The translations under genes and the position numbers were made by a program. This document shows, piece by piece, positions 50,792 through 60,283 of a stretch of 64,000 nucleotides of DNA. The notes below the pieces were generated by a model that searched no databases, had not been told where the DNA came from, and was given only the letters and a program-made list of their open reading frames with translations. Numbering within the stretch: position 1 is the first letter of the stretch; every line of letters starts with the position of its first letter. Origin of the DNA: a virus (lineage: Duplodnaviria > Heunggongvirae > Uroviricota > Caudoviricetes); the IMG/VR virus record IMGVR_UViG_3300035210_000151. The stretch is one strand, 5' to 3'.

Positions 50792-51235
50792 ATGTTGTCT
50801 AAACTAAAAAAAATGTTTGGTAAAAGTGGTGATAAAATTGAAGCCTTTAACGAATCGAGTAGTCATCGTAAGTATGGTATTCAGATTTCTCAACATATTG
50901 ACAATGGCAAGCACATGGTTTATGTCAATGATAGTTTTCAAGACGACACGGTTATTGCAATCTTTGAAAATGAACAGCAAGTTTCAGAGTTTATTGATGA
51001 GTTGACCTCTGAAATTTCTCATACGGCCAAGCAGCGGAAAGCTGACATTGAAGCACGTCTTGTAAAAGATTTAAACAAGCTTGCTTACTTGCATAAAAGC
51101 AATTGCAAAGAAATGTTTATCAGTCAGTATAAAAAGACAATTTTATCAATTTATCTTAACAAGAAAGTGGTTAAGCATGTTAATGACTATATTGAAGAGA
51201 AGATTGTTGGAGAAACCAATGAACTACCAAGCTGA
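50792..51235 (+). CDS. hypothetical protein
   Basis: GGAG RBS, TGTTATAAT promoter. Confidence 0.7.
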   Translation: MLSKLKKMFGKSGDKIEAFNESSSHRKYGIQISQHIDNGKHMVYVNDSFQDDTVIAIFENEQQVSEFIDELTSEISHTAKQRKADIEARLVKDLNKLAYLHKSNCKEMFISQYKKTILSIYLNKKVVKHVNDYIEEKIVGETNELPS

Positions 51236-51306
51236 AAGTCAGAAAATTGTTGATGCCATTAACAAATCATTAGAAATCTTGAAGAGAATTGAAAGTAAAC
51301 GATAAT

Positions 51307-51918
51307 CTACTTTCTTTTCTTTTCATATTCTAAGAGTGGATTAACGGTGTAGAAACCAAAATATTGATACACTTTGACATCAAGACCTAATAATTTGTCA
51401 GCCAAGTCTTTTGTAATAATAATCTCTTTAGACAATGCTTCTCTGGCTAGGAGCATTGTTTCTGTGCTATTGGTCTTAAAACATCTTTCTTTGTAATATA
51501 AGAAATGATTATCCTCACTATACACCGATACAGAATTTTCATGATTAATGGCTGATACTTCGTCTAGCAGTTTAATGATGTAATAATCGTTCAGTTCTCT
51601 ATTGTCTCTCGCATAGATAGCGGCTGGTTCAATATATTCAATACGACTTGATGTTAAACTATCCAGTATCACTTTAAACTTTTTACTGACCAATAACTGC
51701 CCGCCTATCATCCATAAACAATCAAATTTTATTAATCTGTCATATTTTTCTTTAAAATAGATAGTAGGCTTATCCATATGAGAACTAAATGGTGTAGTGT
51801 TATACAAACTGAGATAATCAAAGTTATCACTATCTGAGGCGTAATCACCTTCATTTTCCCCATATGAGCCTATCAAAAGTGATGAGTAATATATGGGTGT
51901 TGACCAGTTTAAATACAT
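51307..51918 (-). CDS. Imm11/DUF1629-like protein
   Basis: LLVSKKFKVIL, IEYIEP, YYIIKLLDEVSAINHENS, IIITKDL pattern. Confidence 0.6.
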   Translation of the reverse strand: MYLNWSTPIYYSSLLIGSYGENEGDYASDSDNFDYLSLYNTTPFSSHMDKPTIYFKEKYDRLIKFDCLWMIGGQLLVSKKFKVILDSLTSSRIEYIEPAAIYARDNRELNDYYIIKLLDEVSAINHENSVSVYSEDNHFLYYKERCFKTNSTETMLLAREALSKEIIITKDLADKLLGLDVKVYQYFGFYTVNPLLEYEKKRK

Positions 51919-53021
51919 ATATTACCTATTTTTTTCTTCGATAATGGTTTGTTGAGATCTACTGTTGTATAGTTGTCTCTATTCTTTGAATATTCTAAAT
52001 GATCATTATAATACCTAACTGTTTTGAACCCATTTTCTTTCAACATACTTAATAATAGTTCTTTTCTTTCGTCTTCAAATGAAACTTTAAAGGTTTCTTT
52101 TAAATTCAATATGGTGTTCATTTGATCAAAGGTTATAAATTCTTTGGAACGAGCGGATATTACAAACGAATTGAAGTTAACAAATATATTTCTTTCTTCA
52201 ACTACTGTGTTATTAAATAATACACCCAAGTTAGCTTCTTTGTCTTTAATGCCCAGTGTGCGATCTAAGTATTCATCTGGTTGGTAAAGACCTAATTCAG
52301 ATTTTGCTTGTTTATAGATTTGATATTTGATATCACCGATTCTAACTCTTACATCATCATTTCTTTCTCTTACTGTCTCCAAGAAACTAGAAAATTCTCT
52401 TGTTAGTTTTTTGAAGTCATCTTTAATGTATCTATCAAAATTATGCAAAGCATCGACTTTTTTCTCTTGTTGTTCCTGAACTTCACTTTTATAAAATTCA
52501 ATCAAACCTAGACATTCATCAGTGTTCTGTCCTTTAACGGTTAAAAATAATAGTTCTTTTTCTTGATTTGTTAATAATTTTTGTTGTTTCACTTCTTCAT
52601 CTTTGGCTTCCAACAAGTCATGTCTATAATCTTGCCATTGTTCAATGAGTCCATTAATCTCTGTGGCATATTCTCTTAGTTCAGATTTATAATCGGTATT
52701 GATGGAGTTTATTAATTTATCATAGTCGTCTTCATAGTTGAAAACTTCACCTAACACGCCATTGTATAAATGTTCTGGCAACTTGTTAACAAGTTTAATA
52801 ATATCATTTGACCATTGATCAAGGTCATACATTGCTTTAAATAGTTCAGTAAGGTTGATTTTTAATTCTTCAGGTTCTTGTTCCAAGTCTTCTTCATAAA
52901 TCCTTGTGGCATTTCTACTACTAAATTGCAATACATTTATTCTAGGACAGGTAATATCATGTACGTCATGAACACCCAATAATCTATCTATGCTGACTTG
53001 TTTTTTATTATCGTGACCCAT
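51909..53021 (-). CDS. coiled-coil hypothetical protein, paralog pair F
   Basis: KKQVSID.LLGVHD.H.ITCPRIN, YQPDEYLD, VRYYND shared with next gene; both 370 aa. Confidence 0.85.
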   Translation of the reverse strand: MGHDNKKQVSIDRLLGVHDVHDITCPRINVLQFSSRNATRIYEEDLEQEPEELKINLTELFKAMYDLDQWSNDIIKLVNKLPEHLYNGVLGEVFNYEDDYDKLINSINTDYKSELREYATEINGLIEQWQDYRHDLLEAKDEEVKQQKLLTNQEKELLFLTVKGQNTDECLGLIEFYKSEVQEQQEKKVDALHNFDRYIKDDFKKLTREFSSFLETVRERNDDVRVRIGDIKYQIYKQAKSELGLYQPDEYLDRTLGIKDKEANLGVLFNNTVVEERNIFVNFNSFVISARSKEFITFDQMNTILNLKETFKVSFEDERKELLLSMLKENGFKTVRYYNDHLEYSKNRDNYTTVDLNKPLSKKKIGNICI

Positions 53022-53106
53022 GTCTAACCTTTCTATGACTAATTGATATAATTACAGTATAGCATAAGAAATATTAAGTTTAAGATCTGTTATGTTGTAT
53101 CTAGTC

Positions 53107-54219
53107 TTAACCATTCTTAAACTTAGGTTTGTATAGAGGTGTATTAAGTTGTTGTTCAGTATAAGCATCTCTGTTCTGTTTATATTCTTTTTGATCGTTG
53201 TAATACCTAACAGTAATCACACCATTTGTTTTTAACATATCAAGTAGAGTTGATTTCTTAACTTCTCGATGATCAGTGTTAACTACTTCCTTTTCATTTA
53301 GATCAATCAGGGTGTTTAATTGTTCAAAGGTAATAAAACGTTTAGCCCTCATTCCAAGAGCAAAGCTTTTAAAGTTAACTTTCTCATTTCTTGCATCGGT
53401 TTCAGTATCATTAAAGATAACACCTAAGTTAGCCACGGATGGTTGTATGCCAAATTTAAGATCCAAATATTCGTCTGGTTGGTAGATGTTTAATAGTTCT
53501 TTGACGTGTTTTTCCATTTGGGTTTTTATTTCACCAATACCACATCTTAAATCATCGTTTCTATTTCTTACGTCTTCGAGAAAATATGAGAATTTTTTAA
53601 CTTGTTTCTCGAAGTCATCTTTCACATAACGTTCAAAATTAGTTTTGGCGTCATCTTTCTTTTCTGTTTGTTCGTAGACTTCATCTTTATAGAATTCAAT
53701 TAATCCCATACAGTCTTCTAAATCTTTACCATTCAATTTTAAAAAGAGTAATTCTTTTTCTTGTTCTTCTAATAATGCTTGTTGCTTTAACTCTTCTGTA
53801 TGGGCTTCTGCATAATCATTTCTATACGTTTGCCATTCTTCTATCAATCCATTAATAGATTCGGCATACTCAGTGATTTCTGGCTTATGGTCTATTTCAA
53901 GATCTTCTAGCCTTTGGGTATATTCATGATCAGTTAAAAAGGCTTCGCTTAAAATGATGTATTTTTTTATATCTGGTAGGTTATTCAACACCGCTATGAT
54001 GTCAGCAGACCATTTATCTAAATCATTCATGGCTTTGAATAACTCAGTTAAATTTAATTTTAAATTTTCTGGATCGAAATCAAGTTCTACTTTATAGACC
54101 TTAGTAGCACATTCGGTATCGAACTGAAGTGGGTTAATTCGTGGGCAAGTGATTTCATGTTTATCATGAACACCTAATAGACTGTCTATACTGACTTGTT
54201 TTTTATACTCGTATGGCAT
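53107..54219 (-). CDS. coiled-coil hypothetical protein, paralog pair F
   Basis: Collinear with previous gene. Confidence 0.85.
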   Translation of the reverse strand: MPYEYKKQVSIDSLLGVHDKHEITCPRINPLQFDTECATKVYKVELDFDPENLKLNLTELFKAMNDLDKWSADIIAVLNNLPDIKKYIILSEAFLTDHEYTQRLEDLEIDHKPEITEYAESINGLIEEWQTYRNDYAEAHTEELKQQALLEEQEKELLFLKLNGKDLEDCMGLIEFYKDEVYEQTEKKDDAKTNFERYVKDDFEKQVKKFSYFLEDVRNRNDDLRCGIGEIKTQMEKHVKELLNIYQPDEYLDLKFGIQPSVANLGVIFNDTETDARNEKVNFKSFALGMRAKRFITFEQLNTLIDLNEKEVVNTDHREVKKSTLLDMLKTNGVITVRYYNDQKEYKQNRDAYTEQQLNTPLYKPKFKNG

Positions 54220-54299
54220 TTAAGTTCCGTTTCATCACTGATTGATATATTAATATTATACCATAATAAATCTACACTTTCTGTAATTTAATGATTATT

Positions 54300-54926
54300 T
54301 TAAATTTCAATTATTGTAGGTTCATAATATTCTTTTACTGGTTTACCCACAACAGATTTAAAAAATAATTTAAAATCTTTAACATCCTTCTTATTCATCG
54401 GTTTTTTCAATCTGTTATAAATAGTTATAAAGTCTTTTGTGTTAATGAAGTAACGTGGGTTGTTTTCTTTCTTTTTGAATATATCAAAAATTGAAAAATC
54501 CGCTGAATTGTCTAAGTATAAAATGCCATCACTATTTATTTTAATAGATAATCTTCCTTGATATGATATGTCTGTATCTGTTTGGTCTATCCTTAACCTC
54601 ATATTGGGTGAACGATTTTCTAAACGTTTTAATTCTTCCACATCATACTGATCAAAACCGCCTACCATAGAAGATTGTATTCCTTTATTTTCTATGTAAA
54701 GAAAATAAGAACATAAAAATCTCTCTACCATTATAAAGGAAATTGAATTTAAATAGTTTATACAGTTTTCAAAACTCTTATCTAAATGGCTTGGCATTTC
54801 CAATTCAAATTCATTTAAAAAACCATTAAAATATTTTAAAAACAATCCGTTGTCATTACAGTGATATCCGGCTTCAGCGAGTGTAAGAAGTTTTGCATAT
54901 TTATATTTTTTCATTTTTTTATACAT
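54300..54926 (-). CDS. hypothetical protein, paralog pair G
   Basis: YFNGFL.EF.LEM, FENC.N.LNSIS.IMVERFLC shared with 56083-56682. Confidence 0.8.
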   Translation of the reverse strand: MYKKMKKYKYAKLLTLAEAGYHCNDNGLFLKYFNGFLNEFELEMPSHLDKSFENCINYLNSISFIMVERFLCSYFLYIENKGIQSSMVGGFDQYDVEELKRLENRSPNMRLRIDQTDTDISYQGRLSIKINSDGILYLDNSADFSIFDIFKKKENNPRYFINTKDFITIYNRLKKPMNKKDVKDFKLFFKSVVGKPVKEYYEPTIIEI

Positions 54927-55031
54927 TATTGATTTAATACATCTTAAATATTCTTAAACGGATGTCAAATAGGCTTCTAATTTTGCTATAATTATGATAT
55001 AATGCATCATCAAATCAATTAGAGGATAGCT

Positions 55032-55481
55032 ATGAGCATTTTTAACTTCTTAATGCGTAAACTACATGATGGTGTAGATGAAAAAGCTAACATCTTGCTT
55101 ATTTTGTTTGCGGCTGCTGTTACAGTTCCTATGCAATGGATGATGCCTAAACGGTATGCACAGTATTTTTATGATAAAAATAGACGTGTCGAAGCAGAGA
55201 TTGGACCTCCTAAGTTTCGAGCTAAGATGGAAGTTAATGTCTTAACACGTAGTATGGTTGATGAAAGATTCATTATTAAGGCAACTTATCTTAACAATGC
55301 CCAAAAGATTTACATGTATAATTTGGAAGATGTTAAAGATGGCACCCAATATGACATGGTTCCAGAGAAATTCTTATGCCCACTTAAACCAGACGCATTA
55401 GCCAGTAACAACGTTTCATTCAGTGATTTTATGGCGACATTGAATGAAGGTAAGAAAACACACCACGACATTGCTTGGTAG
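55032..55481 (+). CDS. hypothetical protein with N-terminal TM segment
   Basis: GAGG RBS, TGATATAAT promoter. Confidence 0.7.
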   Translation: MSIFNFLMRKLHDGVDEKANILLILFAAAVTVPMQWMMPKRYAQYFYDKNRRVEAEIGPPKFRAKMEVNVLTRSMVDERFIIKATYLNNAQKIYMYNLEDVKDGTQYDMVPEKFLCPLKPDALASNNVSFSDFMATLNEGKKTHHDIAW

Positions 55482-55505
55482 TCGATATTAGGTAAATGTT
55501 GAATA

Positions 55506-55536
55506 CAAAAAAAACACACTGCGAAGTGTGTTTTTT
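55506..55536. terminator. bidirectional terminator
   Basis: AAAACACACT-gcga-AGTGTGTTTT. Confidence 0.8.
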
Positions 55537-55548
55537 ATTATCTGTGAT

Positions 55549-56049
55549 CTAACTGGAATGAATGTTATAAAACGCACCAATCAAATTGTCCATTTTAAGT
55601 TTCTGGTAATCGTATGGTGCAAATAATTTTTCTGCCAACTCTTCAAATAAGTTAGACAGTCTGGTTATCTCTGTCATGTTAACATTTATTTTACCGACTT
55701 CTGTATCTGGCAATGGACAAAGTTTTTCAATATAACATCCAAAAATTGCAGGATTTTCATTCCCACCATTATATCTAACTTCAAAGTCAATAGGATAATC
55801 TGTTACAAAAGTTTGAAAATTTTCGTATCCGGGGGAATTGTTAAACAGCTTTTCAATATTTTCCATCAGTGTTAAGGCAGAAGGTGATAATTCATCAAAA
55901 ATTGATTTATCATCCAAGTATCGCTGAATGGTTAAATCTTCGCTTACTAAATCTTCCAATTCTTGTATGAATTTTTTTGATGATAATCTTGCATTGTATG
56001 CATGTTGATTCAATGGAATGCCAATAAATGGCTGTAAATAAGTATACAT
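55549..56049 (-). CDS. hypothetical protein
   Basis: AGGAG RBS. Confidence 0.7.
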   Translation of the reverse strand: MYTYLQPFIGIPLNQHAYNARLSSKKFIQELEDLVSEDLTIQRYLDDKSIFDELSPSALTLMENIEKLFNNSPGYENFQTFVTDYPIDFEVRYNGGNENPAIFGCYIEKLCPLPDTEVGKINVNMTEITRLSNLFEELAEKLFAPYDYQKLKMDNLIGAFYNIHSS

Positions 56050-56082
56050 TATGAAAATCTCCTATTGTTTTGCTGCAAAATA

Positions 56083-56682
56083 TTAACACAATTCATAGGA
56101 TTTTTCAATAGGTTTTCCGATTATCGTTTTATAAAATGATTGGATATCTTTTATTTCATCTTTTGTTAATTTTACTGTTGTTCTCCTTAGATATTCACCT
56201 AAGTCTTTTACATTAATGAAATAACGACTGTCTTCTTCTGGTTTAGTTAATAATTTGAACAGTGACCACTTTTTAGGTTTATTGGTGTAAAATATTCCAT
56301 CTTTGTTCATTCTAATAGATAATGCAGTTTCTGTAGATGGTGTTTGGGTATGGTGGTTAACTATTATTCTCATTGTTACTGATGGTTTATCGAACCATTT
56401 CAATCTATTCAGATCGTAAACAGAAAAGCCATCCATTATAGGCTTTTGACCTCTCTCATAATAGAAGTGATACGCACACAAAAATCGTTCAACCATGATG
56501 TACGAAATTGAATTCAAAAAATTGAGACAGTTCTCAAATGTTTTTTCTTCTGTTTCTTTCATTTCCAAATCGAATTCTTCTAGGAAACCATTAAAATATT
56601 GAACAAATTTTTCTTGTCCATAACAATAATAGCTTAGTTCTGCAAATTTTAAGGCTCTCTGATATTTAAATTCTGTGTTCAT
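56083..56682 (-). CDS. hypothetical protein, paralog pair G
   Basis: Collinear with 54300-54926. Confidence 0.8.
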   Translation of the reverse strand: MNTEFKYQRALKFAELSYYCYGQEKFVQYFNGFLEEFDLEMKETEEKTFENCLNFLNSISYIMVERFLCAYHFYYERGQKPIMDGFSVYDLNRLKWFDKPSVTMRIIVNHHTQTPSTETALSIRMNKDGIFYTNKPKKWSLFKLLTKPEEDSRYFINVKDLGEYLRRTTVKLTKDEIKDIQSFYKTIIGKPIEKSYELC

Positions 56683-56857
56683 AATATAATCTCCTACCTA
56701 TAATTTACTATTTTTGAATACACTGTCAAAGAAAATAAATATTATGCAAACAAAATAAAGGTATTTAAGTTTTAAATACTTGATTTCTACTGCATTTAAA
56801 AAGCTTTCATTTTTAAGACTCTTCTGTTATCATAGTGACTCACTTTGGAGAATTATT

Positions 56858-57559
56858 ATGTTCAAAAAGATTATGTCAGTTATGTTTCTGCTTTGTTTAG
56901 CATTTCAGTCGTTGGCTGACGTTGCTGTAAACGACCTCTATGCACCTCTTGAAAACAAAAAATTTGACAAACCTTATACGAATTTCATTGAACCCCTATC
57001 AAAAATCATCGGGACTATTGAGCCTATTCCAAAAAGTTTGGACTCTGTTGAGTTTATTCAAGATGTAACAGGATTAAAATTTTCTAGATTTTATGAAACA
57101 CCTATTATTGAACAAGAAAGGAAAATTGTTCAATATGATTTTAAGACAGATGGTTATAGAAATAAAGCTGCAGAAAATTTCTTGGTGTCATTTTTTGTTG
57201 TTAACCATAAAGTTGAAAAAATTCTACTAAACGTTCAATCTCAATATGGTGATGATTATTATCTGTTCCATAGTAAAGACGAGGCGAGAGATAATAGAGC
57301 ATACCTCAATAAAAAATTGACTGAATCTGGCTGGTCATTAGAGAATCCTTGGACTTCGTTAATTACAAGTAACTATGTTTATAAAAAAGGCAACATTGAA
57401 CTTGTTTCCCGTGATAGTGTCTTCTATCCACTTGAAATAGATATCAAACGTACTGATTTGGTTAATGAACGTGATAGGTTTGATGACCTGACCGAATTGG
57501 ATCGTGAAATGTTGACTCAAAAGGTTGAAGAAAATAGAAAAAAACGTTTCGAAGACTAA
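56858..57559 (+). CDS. secreted hypothetical protein
   Basis: Start after GGAG; signal peptide MFKKIMSVMFLLCLAFQSLA. Confidence 0.75.
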   Translation: MFKKIMSVMFLLCLAFQSLADVAVNDLYAPLENKKFDKPYTNFIEPLSKIIGTIEPIPKSLDSVEFIQDVTGLKFSRFYETPIIEQERKIVQYDFKTDGYRNKAAENFLVSFFVVNHKVEKILLNVQSQYGDDYYLFHSKDEARDNRAYLNKKLTESGWSLENPWTSLITSNYVYKKGNIELVSRDSVFYPLEIDIKRTDLVNERDRFDDLTELDREMLTQKVEENRKKRFED

Positions 57560-57623
57560 CAATCACTACCAAAATTATTGTGTTCGTGGTATAATAGCGA
57601 ACACTTTAAAAGAGGATTAAAAG

Positions 57624-58280
57624 TTGAAAAAACTATTGACATTTATCAAGCATGATTTCGTCTCTCAGGTGTTTTTATTCAACCTTTTGCTTATTGTTAT
57701 TTATGCCTACTTCTCATTCAGTGACACGTCGAGTTTGACGCGAGCATTGATTGTGTTGGCAGTAATATTTTCAGCAGGTTCTTCTTACTTTCTATTCAGT
57801 TCGAAGGTCACTGTTCGTTTTGAACTTGTCTTAGCACTACCCCTTAGCATTTTTGTGATGTGTTTGTTCTTTGGGGTTCTCAACAAGTATAATGAAGTCG
57901 CCTCCTTAAATGAGTTATTCACTTATCAGTCAATGGAACGCTTGATTGACTTTGGCATCGGTGCCGCCTTGTTTTATGGAAGCTTTCTTGCTTTGATGGG
58001 ATTAAGTTGTGCTAACGCTGCACCTGATAGTTTTAATATTCAGGCTGGCAATATTGAAACATTGACTGGTAAACAACATGATTTTATTCATTATCGAATT
58101 ACAAAAAGCTATTCGTCAATCTTGACATTGAATAATTCTATTTTTGGTAAAAATGGTTTGATTGTTAATGGTAGTGTGATTGGATATAATGAATTATATA
58201 ACTATTTAAAAGATCAGAACATGCGGTTTAACGCCTTAACGGATGATGATTTTCTTGTTATGAATATGGTTAAAATTTGA
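57624..58280 (+). CDS. multi-pass membrane protein, C-terminal tag family
   Basis: Four hydrophobic segments; ends LTDDDFLVMNMVKI. Confidence 0.8.
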   Translation: MKKLLTFIKHDFVSQVFLFNLLLIVIYAYFSFSDTSSLTRALIVLAVIFSAGSSYFLFSSKVTVRFELVLALPLSIFVMCLFFGVLNKYNEVASLNELFTYQSMERLIDFGIGAALFYGSFLALMGLSCANAAPDSFNIQAGNIETLTGKQHDFIHYRITKSYSSILTLNNSIFGKNGLIVNGSVIGYNELYNYLKDQNMRFNALTDDDFLVMNMVKI

Positions 58281-58326
58281 AAAGTTGTAGAAGTATGGTA
58301 ATAATTATTAATCATTTGGAGAGTTT

Positions 58327-58932
58327 ATGAAAATAGGTAATGACAGTATATTAGAAAAGGGGTTCTTGCTTCCCTATGAAAAAGATGTATTCAGGGCAGT
58401 TCAGACCGTTCTTAAAGCTGCTTACTGGAATGATATTCATACTAAAAGCGGCCACAAAATGTCTATTAAGATTACTAATTGTGGTGACTTGGGGTGGTTC
58501 TCTGATCACAAGGGCTACTATTATTCAGAAGTCAATCCAGTGACCAATAAACTGTGGCCTCCTATGCCAGACATCTTGAAAGAACTTGCGATTAAAGCTG
58601 CAGAACTGGCTGGGTATAACGACTTTATCCCAGATTGTTGTTTACTTAACCGTTACAGTGTAGGAACCAAGCTCTCATTACATCGTGACGTTGATGAAAA
58701 AGATACTACTCAGCCTATTGTTTCTTTCTCACTGGGTATTCCAGCAGAGTTTCTTTGGGGTGGTTTGAAGCGAGATGATGATGTAGAGACGTTTACCCTT
58801 GAACATGGTGATGTCATTGTGTTTGGTGGTGAAGACAGACTTAGATTTCATGGTGTAGCACCTATTAAGTCATATCATCATCCTATTCTTGGTGATCTTC
58901 GTATCAATCTCACGTTTCGAAAGGCTGCTTAA
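58327..58932 (+). CDS. alkB: AlkB Fe(II)/2OG DNA/RNA demethylase
   Basis: TNCGDLGWFSD, WPPMP, PDCCLLNRY, LHRDVDE, IVSFSLG, RFHGV, RINLTFR. Confidence 0.95.
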   Translation: MKIGNDSILEKGFLLPYEKDVFRAVQTVLKAAYWNDIHTKSGHKMSIKITNCGDLGWFSDHKGYYYSEVNPVTNKLWPPMPDILKELAIKAAELAGYNDFIPDCCLLNRYSVGTKLSLHRDVDEKDTTQPIVSFSLGIPAEFLWGGLKRDDDVETFTLEHGDVIVFGGEDRLRFHGVAPIKSYHHPILGDLRINLTFRKAA

Positions 58933-58933
58933 T

Positions 58934-58960
58934 AAAAAACCACTAGATTTCTAGTGGTTA
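58934..58960. terminator. terminator hairpin between convergent genes
   Basis: AACCACTAGA-tt-TCTAGTGGTT. Confidence 0.7.
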
Positions 58961-58967
58961 TATGTAT

Positions 58968-59339
58968 TCAAACAATCAAGACAACATCAACATCTTTCGA
59001 GACTTCATTGCTTTGAAATTTCATTAATACATCGTCTAGCATTATTTTCCAGTTTTGGCTTTTCTTAGGATCATATAGCACTTCGCTTTCAATAGCGACA
59101 ACTTGCATGGCATACACTTTAAAATTCTCGAAAGGTGTATTGAAAAAATCTTGTGGTTCATAATTAAAAATGACTTTATCTTCTTTCCCAAAGCCCATAA
59201 CAACAATTGTCCCATCATTTTTTAATCGGATGTATCTATTCTTTCCAGCCAATACCAATTCGTTCTTGATGACTTCTAAAATTTTGTCATACGCGGTAAA
59301 AAGTGCTGTTCTTTGGTTTCTTTCGAATCTGTCATTCAT
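58968..59339 (-). CDS. hypothetical protein
   Basis: AAGGAG RBS. Confidence 0.7.
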   Translation of the reverse strand: MNDRFERNQRTALFTAYDKILEVIKNELVLAGKNRYIRLKNDGTIVVMGFGKEDKVIFNYEPQDFFNTPFENFKVYAMQVVAIESEVLYDPKKSQNWKIMLDDVLMKFQSNEVSKDVDVVLIV

Positions 59340-59469
59340 TTAATGTCTCCTTTTAGATAAATAGTTTATCAATCTTTAAAAAAATCGCAAATAATGCTTG
59401 CATGTTTTTTTTATGGCTTTATTTTGTGTTTTATGCTATAATAAACAAAATTCAAATGAGGCTTCAATT

Positions 59470-60282
59470 ATGTCACATATTACAATGGGTCGTGAGATGT
59501 TCTACATTGCGGATCAAATTGCACAAAAGGAAATTCCTTCAGATGATATTTTGTTGTCTCGACTTGAAGAAACGCTTAATGGACGAGATTGCTTTATGAT
59601 ATGTGGAAAATCATTTGATCTACTTCATCAGCTTGGCTTTGTAGAAACGTGTAAATATGATGCTGAGTCTGCAAATCCTATTTATTATGTTAATGTGATT
59701 GCACAATCAGTCATGTATCGTGAACATATTGTTCATCCTTATGAGCGAACGTTTCAAAAAGTAGATGGTAACCGGGTTACTGAGCTTTATTTTAAGCGTG
59801 AAGATTTTGTATTTAAAGAAGATCACAATGATTATTTCTATAACCTTGTTTTGAAAGGCACTTATCTTAAGGACTCTCTTCCAGAAGGTGAACTTACTTA
59901 TATTAATCTGAGCGAAATAAAATTTCCAAAATTGGGGACGCCTTCAATTATTGGTTACAAAAAAAATGGTGAGATCTCCGTAACTTGCACTGTGAACAAA
60001 AATCGCGTTATTTGGTTTTTTGATGGCGATCATACTTACCAAGATGATGTTATCTATAAAGAGTATGAATCTAATAACTTATTTGACATTGCGATTGTTA
60101 ATTATACGCATAAGAAACGTATTGAATCGGTTGTCTTTCGCCTTGGCAACAGACAAATTGATATTGAACAAATCGCTGATGTCGTTCCTGCGTTAGTGGG
60201 GTTGAAACCTATTGAACAATTGAATTGGGAACGTTATGTGACTCCCGAACAAATCCTCGTTCTTGAAATGAGGGCCATTTAA
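59470..60282 (+). CDS. orphan protein, paralog pair H, C-terminal tag
   Basis: PSII.Y, ELY.K, VVPAL, LNW..YVT; ends ILVLEMRAI. Confidence 0.8.
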   Translation: MSHITMGREMFYIADQIAQKEIPSDDILLSRLEETLNGRDCFMICGKSFDLLHQLGFVETCKYDAESANPIYYVNVIAQSVMYREHIVHPYERTFQKVDGNRVTELYFKREDFVFKEDHNDYFYNLVLKGTYLKDSLPEGELTYINLSEIKFPKLGTPSIIGYKKNGEISVTCTVNKNRVIWFFDGDHTYQDDVIYKEYESNNLFDIAIVNYTHKKRIESVVFRLGNRQIDIEQIADVVPALVGLKPIEQLNWERYVTPEQILVLEMRAI

Positions 60283-60283
60283 G

